DNA of 63,365 nucleotides, the filler included, from Octopus bimaculoides (Eukaryota), in assembly GCF_001194135.2 (NCBI RefSeq). It is 4 parts of 4 records of this genome, joined end to end, with 100 filler letters (N's around TTAATTAATTAA, not from the genome) between each part and the next. Parts side by side here need not be neighbours in the genome. Positions count along the whole stretch, not along the records: positions 1 to 30,210 come from NC_068994.1; 3 more parts are not named here. One strand, 5' to 3'. This document shows, piece after piece, positions 11,649-24,409 of this stretch. Position numbers and translations under genes: made by a program. The notes under the pieces were generated by a model, which saw nothing but the letters and a program-made list of their open reading frames with translations, made no database searches and was not told the DNA's origin. The stretch's first letter is position 1; every line of letters begins with the position of its first letter.

Positions 11649-11850
11649 TTGTGTGTTTGTGCGTCTGTTTGTCCCCCAACATCGCTTGACAACCGATGCT
11701 GGTGTGCTTACGTCCCTGTAACTTAGCTGTTCAGCAAAAGAGACCGATAAAATATGTACTAGACTTTCAAAGAATAAGTCCTGGGGTCGATTTGCTCGAC
11801 TAAAGGCGGTGCTTCAGCATGGCCACAGTCAAATGACTGAAACAAGTAAA
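11533..11850 (+). mobile_element. SINE family A, 5'-truncated, internal (TA)n(TG)n
   Basis: Body and tail ...CAGCATGGCCACAGTCAAATGACTGAAACAAGTAAA. Confidence 0.85.
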
Positions 11851-13030
11851 TGAGAACGTAATTACTTTAATCTACAACAGTGTGTAATGCAGGTGGTGAG
11901 ATATAAACTGAGAATACTTCGGATCAGGATGCGACAAACGATTAATGCGACAGATAATTAATTGATATCCATTATCCTCCAAAAAATAGAACTGATATTT
12001 TCTACTTCTGCGATACTATTTACAGTATCTCCTGTAGGCAAGGCTGCTCTAGCTGCATTACAGGGCCCCAAGCGAAACAACGCACTGGACTCTATATTAT
12101 GTATTTCTAGGTAAGAAGATAATGCATACATATATCAGAATTGGACCCCTAGACCTGTGAAGCCCCCGAGCTACTGCTAACGTACCCATGCCTGAAGAGG
12201 GCACTGCCTGTAGGTTTGATTTCAATATATTCAATATGTTTGAGTGTTGCTCTGTAAAGAAATATTTGATGGAATATTTTAAAGAAATTGCGATAATTTT
12301 AAATATTGTCTTTCGTAAAATGTTGCACTGAGGCTGTTTACGCGCTTCTCGAGGCATAAAGAAGGGGGTTTTTTAAGCTTTAAAGGGTAATTTTGAACGT
12401 ATGTATCCGCTTTCCGCTTTGAAGGGTCAAACTCGCGAATATGCTTTAGAAAGCAGGAGGCCGCATAGTTCTGTGTTTAAGAATGTTTCTGCTAATGAAC
12501 GAGCCGTAAAAATAAAACCACGTTGCCACCCGCTTTTGTTTTCTAGCAAGAGTCATACGAAATCCTATCTGCTGAAGTGTACTCGCGGGTTCAAAAGGTC
12601 AAGATATACATACCGGGTAGGGAGAGAGAAAGAGATAAAGAAGAAAAAGAGAAAGAAAATAATGCAATAAAGGAGGGAGAAAGGAAATGAAAAAATAAAA
12701 AAAGAGAAAGAAAATATCTATACAGCTTTAGAATAATTCGACGATTGTAGCGTGAAAGACACAAAGCAAGCCACTTACAGACACAAAATGACCATTAACT
12801 TCTCTTAAACATTTAGGGGCTCCGATTGGTTATACGCTGCAGATTGGCGCGACTGAGTAAGGGACAAATTGTGCCAATACCAACCAATCAAAGTAGTGGA
12901 CACAACGGGGTCCAAATAGCGGCCAAAGGCTATGTTCTCTGTTACGTTCGAATGTACGAATATATAATAAAGGGGAGAGGAATTTCACTCGAGTGTACGT
13001 TACAGATACATGTGTGTGTGAGAGAGAGAG

Positions 13031-13150
13031 GGGGGGGAGCGAGAGATAATATGAGAGAGAGAGAGAGAGGGGGAGCGAGAGATAATATGAGAGAGAGAGA
13101 GAGAGAGAGAGAGGGGGAGCGAGAGATAATATGAGAGAGAGAGAGAGAGA
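13031..13150. repeat. minisatellite, 3 units of GGGGGAGCGAGAGATAATAT(GA)n
   Basis: Direct reading. Confidence 0.85.
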
Positions 13151-13589
13151 TGGGCTTCTTTTGATTTCTGTCAACCAAATCCACTCCCAAGGCTTCAGTC
13201 AGCTTGGTGCTGTAGTAGAAGTCACTTAGCCAAAGTGTCACACAGTGAGACTGAACTCGAGACCATGTGGTTGGGAGGTAAACTTCCTACCACCCAGCCA
13301 CACCTGTGTACTTCGTTTGATATTTTATTTTATCGACTGCAAAAGGTTAACAAATAAAGTCAACTAATGCTGGACATAGGCAGGGCCGGATTAAGACCCC
13401 ATGGAGGCCTTAAGCACTCGAAAGATTTTGGTGCCTCGAAATGTAAATAATAATAGATCATAAAAGATGGACGACTGAAGCAAGAGTGTTGAGAATAAAT
13501 GAATTTGTTTGAGCGAGAAATTAAAGAGTTTACCAAAGGACTCGGTGTTGGAATGTGGTTTGTGGGGTCGGCCACGTGTCTCACTTACT

Positions 13590-13963
13590 CTTTTACTTAT
13601 TTCAGTCATTTGACTGTGGCCATGCTGGAGCACCGCCTTTAACAGAGCACATCGACCCCAGGACTTATTCTTTGTAAGCCTAGTACTTATTGTATCGGTC
13701 TATTTTGCCGAACCGCTAGATTACGGGGACGTAAACACACCAGCATCGGTTGTCAAGCGATGTTGAGGGGACAAACACAGACACACAAACACACACACAT
13801 ACATATATATATATATACGACGGGCTTCTTTCAGTTTCCGTCTGCCAAATCCACTCACAAGGCCTTGGTCGGCCCGAGGCTATAGTAGAAGACACTTGCC
13901 CAAGGTGCCACGCAGTAGGACTGAACCCGGAACCATGTGGTTGGAAAGCAAGCTACTTACTAC
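13590..13963 (-). mobile_element. SINE family A, near full length (a diverged 5' half also lies at 13150-13310)
   Basis: Reverse complement of the family A consensus, from tail to head. Confidence 0.85.
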
Positions 13964-15216
13964 NNNNNNNNNNNNNNNNNNNNNNNNNNNNNNNNNNNNN
14001 NNNNNNNNNNNNNNNNNNNNNNNNNNNNNNNNNNNNNNNNNNNNNNNNNNNNNNNNNNNNNNNNNNNNNNNNNNNNNNNNNNNNNNNNNNNNNNNNNNNN
14101 NNNNNNNNNNNNNNNNNNNNNNNNNNNNNNNNNNNNNNNNNNNNNNNNNNNNNNNNNNNNNNNNNNNNNNNNNNNNNNNNNNNNNNNNNNNNNNNNNNNN
14201 NNNNNNNNNNNNNNNNNNNNNNNNNNNNNNNNNNNNNNNNNNNNNNNNNNNNNNNNNNNNNNNNNNNNNNNNNNNNNNNNNNNNNNNNNNNNNNNNNNNN
14301 NNNNNNNNNNNNNNNNNNNNNNNNNNNNNNNNNNNNNNNNNNNNNNNNNNNNNNNNNNNNNNNNNNNNNNNNNNNNNNNNNNNNNNNNNNNNNNNNNNNN
14401 NNNNNNNNNNNCTCTATCATAGATATATGACTTGGCTTTCAAGTGGAGATACTAAATAGCAATAGCGCAAGCCGTTTTTTCCGTCGCTCCACCAATTCTA
14501 TGGTTAACTATTATCACTGTATTCATCACAGATTCGCTTTGATGTCCAAGCGGAGATAACTCTAGCTGCATTTCGATCTAAACAACAACAATCATTCATT
14601 CAGTGTTTTCATCTGTCAAAATCCTGACTCGAACTCGGAGAGGAGGAAAAAAAAAATTATATTCACACCACAATAGATGCGTGTACGTGTACGCAATGTG
14701 TATCAACTGAATTTCAAGTGTACGCGCATGTATTTTAATTTTCATTTTTGGGTAGCTTGGCTGAGTTAACTAACTAAATAGCTATTTGGATGGTTGCTTT
14801 GTCTAGCTAGCTGGCTCGCTAGGCTAACTTGGTTGGCTGTTTGGCTTGTGTTTGTTTTTGTTTTGGGTGTTGTTTTTTTTACTTATACGTTATTTGAAAG
14901 ACTGAAAAACGAAACAGATTTTTTTTCTTTTAAATATAAGACTACAGAAAAGGAAACATTAGCAACCAACAGAAGCGAAGGTAGCTGGAAAGAAAAAACA
15001 GCAGACAGAACAACAACAACAACAAAAAAAAGGAAGAGTACATGTGATTCTAGAAAACCAACCAAACGACACTAAACGAGGGAACTAGCTGGCCTCATAA
15101 GGCTGGCGCGTATACGTACATACAAATACAGCATTCACTCAATTAGAGAGAAAGAAAGAGACAGACAGCCAGAGAGATTCATACGGACATTGCAACTTTT
15201 TATATACCACGCGAAC

Positions 15217-15258
<42 letters not shown>

Positions 15259-17259
15259 ACACCACACGCGTAACATATACATGAAGCCAGGCATACAATA
15301 CTCAGACAGACGCGTGTGCAGGACACATGAGAGAAAAACGAACGACCTGAAGCTCGTTAGACTATAAAAGACCAGTCATCATCGTATTTATCTTTCAATA
15401 TCTATCTATCAATCGATATATTATATATACTATATATATTTTCATATGTATAGATAGATTTTTCAAGCTTGGCAGGTAAGAATATAGCTCAAATAGCCTT
15501 TATTTTTTTCTTGTATTTCTTCTTCTCATTCATTGTCATCCGTTTTTTTCTTTCTTTAGCTTGTTTGTTTATATACGCTTGCTTGTTTCCATGTCGTTTT
15601 GGCTTCATTTCTCACTTCCCGTCTATCACACACGCATACTTACATACATACATACGTACACATATACACTATTCTAGCTAATTTTTGCAGTTAGTCATCT
15701 ATCTAACCATCTTTGAGACGGAACCTGATCCCATTCTTTTCTTTGCTTATACATATATGTGTGTGTGTGTGTATGTTGTGTCTGTATAGATATAACTTTC
15801 TTTATTAGCCACACAGGGGCTGAACACAGATGGGACAAATACAATGTAGAGTTTTTTTTCTTTTCGATGGGGGCGAGAAAAAATATAAAAAAGAAACAAA
15901 AGTCGGGACAACGACCAAGATAACGGAACATCAACAACCCAGTCTCAGAGGGTCTGCAAGGATCCTGGGTCACCAATTCTTCCTCTAGCTCAACAAATAA
16001 AAAGTACATAAAATATAATCCTTTGTTTTGCCTGTAAAATCGTTAAGTCCTTCCTAACAGTAAACCAGCTGAAGCTTTACGTACAATCTGTTGAATGGAA
16101 AAAATTTGCAATATTTCCGTTTTAAATTATTATTATTATTATTTTCGGAAGTTACTTTATATTTTTAATTTAGTTACCAATGATTGTTTGCCTGACGTGT
16201 TTTTTTTTTTGTACCCTGGACATTTTAACGGCGAAATCCAATACGTTTCTGTATAATGTTATTTGTATATCTTACTAAAGCTGTGTCGATAGGCATCCAC
16301 ACGTGAATGTGTCTATAGTTTTACTTTTGTTATACCAAATCTTCACACGCGTATTAACATTAGTGAAGGCAATATTTATGTACACACACACACACACACA
16401 CACACACTTTCTCTCACTCTCTCTCTCTCTCTCTNNNNNNNNNNNNNNNNNNNNNNNNNNNNNNNNNNNNNNNNNNNNNNNNNNNNNNNNNNNNNNNNNN
16501 NNNNNNNNNNNNNNNNNNNNNNNNNNNNNNNNNNNNNNNNNNNNTATATACATATATACAAAGCATAAACAATGGCATATATATACTTGTAAATATAATA
16601 TAAATAATAGATGTATATATACATATGCATATATAGGTACAGGACCTCACAAACTGTACGCGTGCACACACACACCCACACACGCACAAACATATATATA
16701 GAGAGAGATAGATGTGTGTATATATATTTATATATATAAATATATACACACACACATATATAACTGGCTAGGAAGTCCTTTGTTGTATACATTTATACTT
16801 TGATATTCTGTTGCTCTTGATTTCCTGTTACGCTTTTTTTTTTATCTAACAATAATAATAATGTCTTATCTAATAATAAATGTTATTTACTCCTATTTAA
16901 CTCTGTGCTTGCTGTCTTATCATCTTCATAATTATTCGCTATTCTTAGTTAATAATTGTCCTAATAAGACTACTAATGCTGTTTATTTTAGACCGTTGTC
17001 GCCATCACCTCTGACTAACTAGTTTGTTTCTTGGTTATTTTTTATCATTAATCGTTGTTGCTAACGTTTTATTATTGGGATCATCATCATCATTATTTTA
17101 TTATTGGTGGTGGTGTTGTTATTAATATTGTTGTTGGTTGTGGTGTGTGTGTGTGTGTGTGCAGGGTGGTGGGGTAGTGTTGTCATCATGAATAACCATT
17201 GTTTTAGTCACCTTGTGTATATAAATGTTTGTGTGTACGTGTCTGCCTGTATATATTTG

Positions 17260-17309
<50 letters not shown>

Positions 17310-18304
17310 NNNNNNNNNNNNNNNNNNNNNNNNNNNNNNNNNNNNNNNNNNNNNNNNNNNNNNNNNNNNNNNNNNNNNNNNNNNNNNNNNNNNNNNNNNN
17401 NNNNNNNNNNNNNNNNNNNNNNNNNNNNNNNNNNNNNNNNNNNNNNNNNNNNNNNNNNNNNNNNNNNNNNNNNNNNNNNNNNNNNNNNNNNNNNNNNNNN
17501 NNNNNNNNNNNNNNNNNNNNNNNNNNNNNNNNNNNNNNNNNNNNNNNNNNNNNNNNNNNNNNNNNNNNNNNNNNNNNNNNNNNNNNNNNNNNNNNNNNNN
17601 NNNNNNNNNNNNNNNNNNNNNNNNNNNNNNNNNNNNNNNNNNNNNNNNNNNNNNNNNNNNNNNNNNNNNNNNNNNNNNNNNNNNNNNNNNNNNNNNNNNN
17701 NNNNNNNNNNNNNNNNNNNNNNNNNNNNNNNNNNNNNNNNNNNNNNNNNNNNNNNNNNNNNNNNNNNNNNNNNNNNNNNNNNNNNNNNNNNNNNNNNNNN
17801 NNNNNNNNNNNNNNNNNNNNNNNNNNNNNNNNNNNNNNNNNNNNNNNNNNNNNNNNNNNNNNNNNNNNNNNNNNNNNNNNNNNNNNNNNNNNNNNNNNNN
17901 NNNNNNNNNNNNNNNNNNNNNNNNNNNNNNNNNNNNNNNNNNNNNNNNNNNNNNNNNNNNNNNNNNNNNNNNNNNNNNNNNNNNNNNNNNNNNNNNNNNN
18001 NNNNNNNNNNNNNNNNNNNNNNNNNNNNNNNNNNNNNNNNNNNNNNNNNNNNNNNNNNNNNNNNNNNNNNNNNNNNNNNNNNNNNNNNNNNNNNNNNNNN
18101 NNNNNNNNNNNNNNNNNNNNNNNNNNNNNNNNNNNNNNNNNNNNNNNNNNNNNNNNNNNNNNNNNNNNNNNNNNNNNNNNNNNNNNNNNNNNNNNNNNNN
18201 NNNNNNNNNNNNNNNNNNNNNNNNNNNNNNNNNNNNNNNNNNNNNNNNNNNNNNNNNNNNNNNNNNNNNNNTTAGAAAAAGATCGTTTATGTTAATAATA
18301 AACT

Positions 18305-18800
18305 AGGCACAGGAGTAGCTTTGTGGCAAGAAGCTTGCTTCCCAATCATATGGTTTCGGGTTCAATCCCACTGCGTGGCACCTTGGGCAAGTGTCTTCAA
18401 CTATAGCCCCAGACCAAAGCTTTGTGCAGTGAATACATTGGTCTGTCCCCTGGAGGCCTCACAGGTTTAGGGACCCAATTCTGATATCTATATTTACCGT
18501 GGCTTACTGTCAATAAATATTACAGGGCCCGTTGCTATAAACCTGCTACGACAGCCCTGGCTTTGTGAGTGGATTTGGTGGACGGAAACTGGAAGAAGCA
18601 CGTCGTCTACATATATCCGCGTTTGTCCCCCATCACTGGTGTTGGTGCGTTCACGACCACCTTAAGTTAGCGGTTCGGCCAACGGAGGCGAGTAGAATAG
18701 CAACCAGGCTTTGAAAATAAATTTAGTACTGTGGTTCATTCGTTCGCCTGAAATTCTTCAGAGCAGTGTCCCAGCATAGCCGCAGTCTGATGATTAAAAC
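18305..18800 (+). mobile_element. SINE family A interrupted by a hAT-type insertion
   Basis: Head at 18305, body resumes after 18567, tail CCAGCATAGCCGCAGTCTGATGATTAAAACAAATAAAA. Confidence 0.8.
18427..18559. mobile_element. 133-bp non-autonomous hAT-type element
   Basis: CAG...CTG termini; perfect 8-bp TSD GCTTTGTG at 18419-18426 and 18560-18567. Confidence 0.75.
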
Positions 18801-19313
18801 AAATAAAATATAGAAGATAATCTTTATTGTTCTTATTAATGATTTTGTTGCTGGTAGAATCGGTAAACTTGCCAGAATCTATAGCATTTGTTTTTATTGT
18901 TTCGCCTTGAATTCATTCAACTGAGTTTCAGTTAGTTTCGCCCTACCCTGACGCGATAATACAATACCAGTCAAATAATATGGTGGGTCAGTAACCGATA
19001 GTTCTTTCTTTCCTCGCTATAAATTTGTCGTATTATATATAGTAGTTATGTTCATTATGTGGTGTGGTGTCGGTTGTGGTCGTGAGTCAGATTAAACGTT
19101 TTGTGCTTATGAGTTCGACCGTTCCTTTCTCTTCTTAGCACACAATTTACATGCGTGCGTACACGTATATGTATGTGTGTGCTTGAGTTGTCCAAGAGAC
19201 CATAAGTCAGGGAGAAGATGCACTCGTATAACTGTTAGTAGAGTGAGTATATTATCTGAATTTTATAGTAATAAGTATCCATCACGGCAACAAACCACTT
19301 ATATATAAAAATG

Positions 19314-19435
19314 CGCTCATCAGAAGTAACCAGCATGGAAGGGAACATGGCGACTGATCTCTAGTGCTAACAGTTGAAAATCCAGTGGAGAGCAGTCGCC
19401 ATATTCCCATCCGTGTCGGCTACCTCTGACGAGCG
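19314..19435. other. 53-bp imperfect inverted repeat with 16-nt loop (MITE or structured RNA)
   Basis: 42 of 53 positions Watson-Crick, no indels. Confidence 0.8.
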
Positions 19436-19619
19436 TATTACTTTAAATATAACAAAGAATTTAGTAAAATAACTTAGTTATCATTAAGCTAACGTTAGGA
19501 ATATAAATTGTGACTAAGGTTTGGTGGAAGATTTTAATTCAAAACTTATGAAAGCAAGACATTTGTACTCAGAGCCAGAGGCAGTTTCAGCCAGGTTGGT
19601 AATGAAAGGGTTAATACTG

Positions 19620-19945
19620 TAGGTGTAGGTGTGGCTGTGTGGTTAGAAGTTTGCTTCCCAACCACAAGATCTCAGGTTCAGTCCCATTACGCAGCACCTC
19701 GGACAGCTCCCAGGTCAATCAAAGTCTTCTGAGTGGATTTGGTACAAAACTGAAAGAAGCTCAGCATGTGTGTGTGTGTGTATATATCTTCTCCCCATTG
19801 CTTGACAACTGGCAGTTTGGCAAAAAGAGGACAATAAAATAAAATACCAGGCTTAAAAAAAAAAATGTGCTGGGATTAATCTGCTTGACTAAACCCTTTA
19901 AGTTGGTGTCCTGGCATAGCCGCAGTCCACTGACTGAAACAGGTT
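19620..19945 (+). mobile_element. SINE family A, diverged full-length copy
   Basis: Head GGTGTGGCTGTGTGGTTAGAAGTTTGCTTCCCAACC; tail GCATAGCCGCAGTCCACTGACTGAAACAG. Confidence 0.8.
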
Positions 19946-20661
19946 AAAGATAAAATCAATATTTATGAACTTGCTTACAATTAAAACCTGCAAGATCTTT
20001 TTTTTTTTTCCTTTTACTTACAAGCTCTAGCTTTTGATACCGCTATATCAGTAGTTTTTTGTTGTTGTTGTTGTTTACTGTTACTATAAACATATGTGTT
20101 GTTGTTTATTTATACTAACACACATGTATATACAAGTTTGTTTACCTGTTACTATTTATTGTTTTACCTTGTCTCTATAGTTTTCATATTGAACAACTGG
20201 TACAATGACTGATCAAAACAATAACAAAGGACTCTCTCTCTCTATCTCTATTTCTTTCTATCTAGCTCTCTCTATCTTATCTATATCTCTATCTATCTAT
20301 CTATCTCCCTCTCTATCTAGTTCTCTCTATCTCTCTCTCTCTCTCTCTCCCTCTATCTATTTATCTATCTGTCTCCAAACTATCTTTCTCAGACTACCAT
20401 TGTCATAACAAACAATTGTGACATTGTGTCACAGTTAGATATTACCATTATTATTATTATTGTTACCAGTGCTCTTTCAAGAGTTGAAGACTAGGCCTTG
20501 GAATTAGTGTGCACTACACTCTTGGTAAACACTGCCATCTAGTGTGCCATAACTATTGAGGGCTGGTGACATTTTGCATTTGAACTCTGAGTGTAAAGAC
20601 AAATGGATGTTGTTAAACATTTTGTCCAATGTGTTAACAATTCTGCCACCTTGCTACCTTC

Positions 20662-20694
<33 letters not shown>

Positions 20695-21092
20695 TTATTC
20701 TTTTATTGACCACAAGGGCTAATATAAACAAACATAAAGGACATGCAACAACATAAAAGACAATACAATTCAATGGGTTTTCACATTCATGCACACAGTA
20801 AGTAACAGATAAAGATTAAACAATAAAATCTCCTAATAGGGGCAGGTGCTTTAAGGTTACTCATAGAAAAACCTACAAAAGCCATGGATGCCTGACCAAG
20901 AGGGCAAGAGGCCTTCTTTTTTTTTCTCAAATAATGGTTTCAATCTTTGGCACAAGGCCAGAAAGTTTGTGGGGAGGAAGTAAGTTGAGTACACTGGCCC
21001 CAGTGCTCAACTGATACTTACTTTATCAATTCTGAAAAGCAAAGTCAGCCACAGCAGAATTTGAACCCAGAATGTAAAGACAGATGAAATGC

Positions 21093-21203
21093 TACATTAC
21101 TTACATTTGACGGATATCTGTCCTCATCTTGTTTGTTGTTAACACGTTTCGACTGATATACCCTCCAACCTTTATCAGGTGTCTTGGGGAAATTTCGAAC
21201 CTG
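21093..21203 (-). mobile_element. 3' fragment of the hammerhead-bearing PLE-terminus repeat, core mutated
   Basis: GACAC-CUGAUAA-AGGUUG...CAGUC-GAAACGUGUU; same tail as 7300-7410; sits among SINE fragments. Confidence 0.8.
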
Positions 21204-21634
21204 TCAGAAACTCTGTGTGTGTGTATATATATGTCTATGTTTGTTCCCCATCACCACTCCTGCTTGACAACCAGTATTGGTTAGTTTACATCCATGTAAC
21301 TTAGTGGCTCAGCAAAAGAATAGATACCAGTGGTAATTTGTTATACTGAATTGTCCAAGGCATACTTGGCTACTCATCAGGCCGAAGATACCTTAATTTT
21401 ATGAAGGTTACATTGTCGTTAAGGAATCCCAGGTTAACTCACCTAAGTTATAGTTATTTCAGCCTGATGAATAGCTTAGCTAAGTACTTCTCATTGAGTG
21501 ATTATTACATAAAAGAATTTGCTAGCTAGGAAACATATGTAGACTGAATTTTACCTGCTCCACTCCCTCAATTTGGGCTTTTATTCACATACATAGCAAC
21601 TCTAGTTGCTAATCGTGAGTTATAAAAAACCTTT

Positions 21635-22453
21635 GGTACTAGTATAGTATGCGGTCTACCACATTGTCAAACAGTATAGCCTGGGTTATCTACCTTAAAT
21701 GTTCAGTTTGTAAAGGAAACCAATTTTTCCATTATACAGGCATTAGCAACAAATTAAGCTGCAAGCTGAGCCTGAGTGAGATTTTAAAACTAATATTTTT
21801 CTTTGTCATGGATATGCCCATGACCACAGCAGTGACTCTAACAGGAAAATCTACAAATACAATAACTGACTGGGTACAATATGTGCCACAAGGTGTGTGT
21901 GTAGAGCCATAGTTTATCATGTACGACAAGGGAAGATGGTTGGAACAAACGAAAACCCCATTCAGATCAATGAAGAAAGATTTGCTGGTCGACAAAAATA
22001 CAATTGAGGAAGAATGCTGAATGACGACAACGCTCCTCTCTTTGAAGATAGTGATGCAGAACAATGAAACAACAGGAACCATGGACGCAGAATTGATGGG
22101 TCGTGGATTTTTGGTCTCAAACAAGGCTCAGACTGTCGATACTTTTGTGTGGAATGGCGTGACGGGAACAATCTGATCCCAATTATTGAAAGAGAATGTG
22201 AAAAAAGGTTCACTAATTCATTCAGATGAGTGGCCCGCTTATAATAATTAAAATGCCATAGGTTATCACCATCTGACAGTGAACCATCAACAACATTACA
22301 TGGATCCAGTGACCGGGGCACACACTCAAGCCATTTAGTGATCATGGTTAGATGCTAAAACTATTATTCTGAAAAAAATGATCTGAAATATCTGAAAGAT
22401 AAGATAGATAACCTTGTTTGATAACATGGTAGACCGCATACTATACTAGCTCC
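21635..22453 (+). mobile_element. Merlin-superfamily (ISXO2-like) DNA transposon, decayed and internally deleted
   Basis: 23-bp perfect inverted repeat CTAGTATAGTATGCGGTCTACCA (21639-21661 / 22427-22449); transposase motifs IQINEERFAGRQKYN*GR, WIFG, LIPII, SLIHSDEWPAY, GYHHLTVNHQQHYMDPVTGAHTQ. Confidence 0.85.
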
Positions 22454-22602
22454 GAAACTTATTCAGCTTATCAAGCTTTGATATAGGAAGAGCCTACAAC
22501 TTTTGATACCAATAAATTATTATTGTTATTATTCAGCGTTGTTTTTTATATCTACCACGAACTGCTCGAAGCTTACAAACTTCCTACACTATATCGATAT
22601 AC

Positions 22603-22982
22603 TCTTTTACTTGTTTCAGTCATTTGACTGCGGCCATGCTGGAGAACCGCCTTTAGTCGAGCAAATTGACCCCAGGACTTATTCTTTGTAAGCCTAGTAC
22701 TTATTCTATCAGTTACTTTTGCCGAACCACTAAATTACAGGGACGTAAACACACCAGCATCGGTTGTCAAGTGATGTTGGGGGGGGGGGCAAACACAGAC
22801 ACACATATACATATATACGACGGGCTTCTTTCAGTTTCCGTCTACCAAATCCACTCACAAGGCTTTGGTCTGCCTGAGGCTATAGTAGAAGATGCTTGCC
22901 CAAGGTGCCATGCAGTGAGACTGAACCCGGAACCATGTGGTTGATAAGCAAGCTACTTACCACACAGCCACTCCTGCGCCTA
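22603..22982 (-). mobile_element. SINE family A, full length
   Basis: Tail to head ...CACACAGCCACTCCTGCGCC. Confidence 0.9.
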
Positions 22983-23895
22983 GGAAATTGGGAAAAAAGT
23001 TTTGGTATTATTCACCATTACACATGTTCCATTTGCTTATAGGAGTTACAAAAGTGTACACCTGGGAGAAACAAGTAAGATATCACCCATTAGAAATTCT
23101 TCAAACAAAGAATCGAATAACACAAGAATTTACATCTGGATGGTGAAGCTTTTGTTTATAGATAGCTAACGAGCAGATGTGCTTCATGAGAACACAACTT
23201 GGATTATAACCCTATACACACACACACACACACACACACTCGTCTATTGAGGTCTTTGTTCTACTAATATCGTGTGTTGTATATATATATTGAGTGTGTG
23301 TATGTGTTTATAGTTCGTGTCTCTCTCATAATTCAGATATGTTGCTTTCTGTTCAGTGGTATGTCAACCTTTGTATCTTGTGTATGTAGAATATATATAT
23401 ATATACACACAAACACAAGTGTGTGTGGTGTACACAATTATAAACACTCTTCAAGTTATAGCACTCCTTCCTACTTCACATTGCTTTTGTTATTATTTTT
23501 GGTTTTTTTCATTGTTTCTTTTTTTTTTCGGTGGTGGTGGTGGTGGGGTTTCACGTGTTTGTTGGTCTGTACATTTTTTTTTTCCCCTCTACGCCGAGAT
23601 TTCTTTGTCTCCAGTTTTCTCTCCAGCTGGCTTGTCTCTCATATATACACTCATACACTTGCACTCATACACATCACGCTCACACATTCACTCACTTATA
23701 CACACGCATACACATACACATCACGCATGCACTCACTCACTCACTCACACACTCGTACACATGCGCATACACACACGTGCACTCATACACTTGTACATAT
23801 AGCCACATGCACACACACACACACACACTCGTACACATGCACATACGCACATACACACTCATACACTTGTACATGTAGTCTCATGCACACACACG

Positions 23896-23940
<45 letters not shown>

Positions 23941-24158
23941 NNNNNNNNNNNNNNNNNNNNNNNNNNNNNNNNNNNNNNNNNNNNNNNNNNNNNNNNNNNN
24001 NNNNNNNNNNNNNNNNNNNNNNNNNNNNNNNNNNNNNNNNNNNNNNNNNNNNNNNNNNNNNNNNNNNNNNNNNNNNNNNNNNNNNNNNNNNNNNNNNNNN
24101 NNNNNNNNNNNNNNNNNNNNNNNNNNNNNNNNNNNNNNNNNNNNNNNNNNNNNNNNNN

Positions 24159-24270
24159 TAATGTTTTACGTAGTGTTTTTGGTACCGAAAGACTTTCAAA
24201 CTTCGTATACTTATCTATTTTGTGTTTCGTTAATGGAAAATGTGGCCCCCGTTTTAAAAAAGATCCCAGG
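24159..24270. repeat. short deletion derivative of the MITE at 2577-2820, with right TIR
   Basis: Ends TTAATGGAAAATGTGGCCCCCGTTTTAAAAAAGATCCC, the reverse complement of 2635-2672. Confidence 0.65.
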
Positions 24271-24359
24271 CTGGATTGTGTGATTCTTGGTTCTTTATAC
24301 GTAGGCTGAAAAATAAAAAAATAAAACCGGCGTGCTAAGGATTCTGCCAGATCGTCGCC

Positions 24360-24407
<48 letters not shown>

Positions 24408-24409
24408 TT

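Noticed and set aside
19311-19440. CTGATGAG / CTGACGAG as hammerhead cores
   Set aside because: No stem II followed by GAAA on either strand; the motifs are simply the arms of an inverted repeat.
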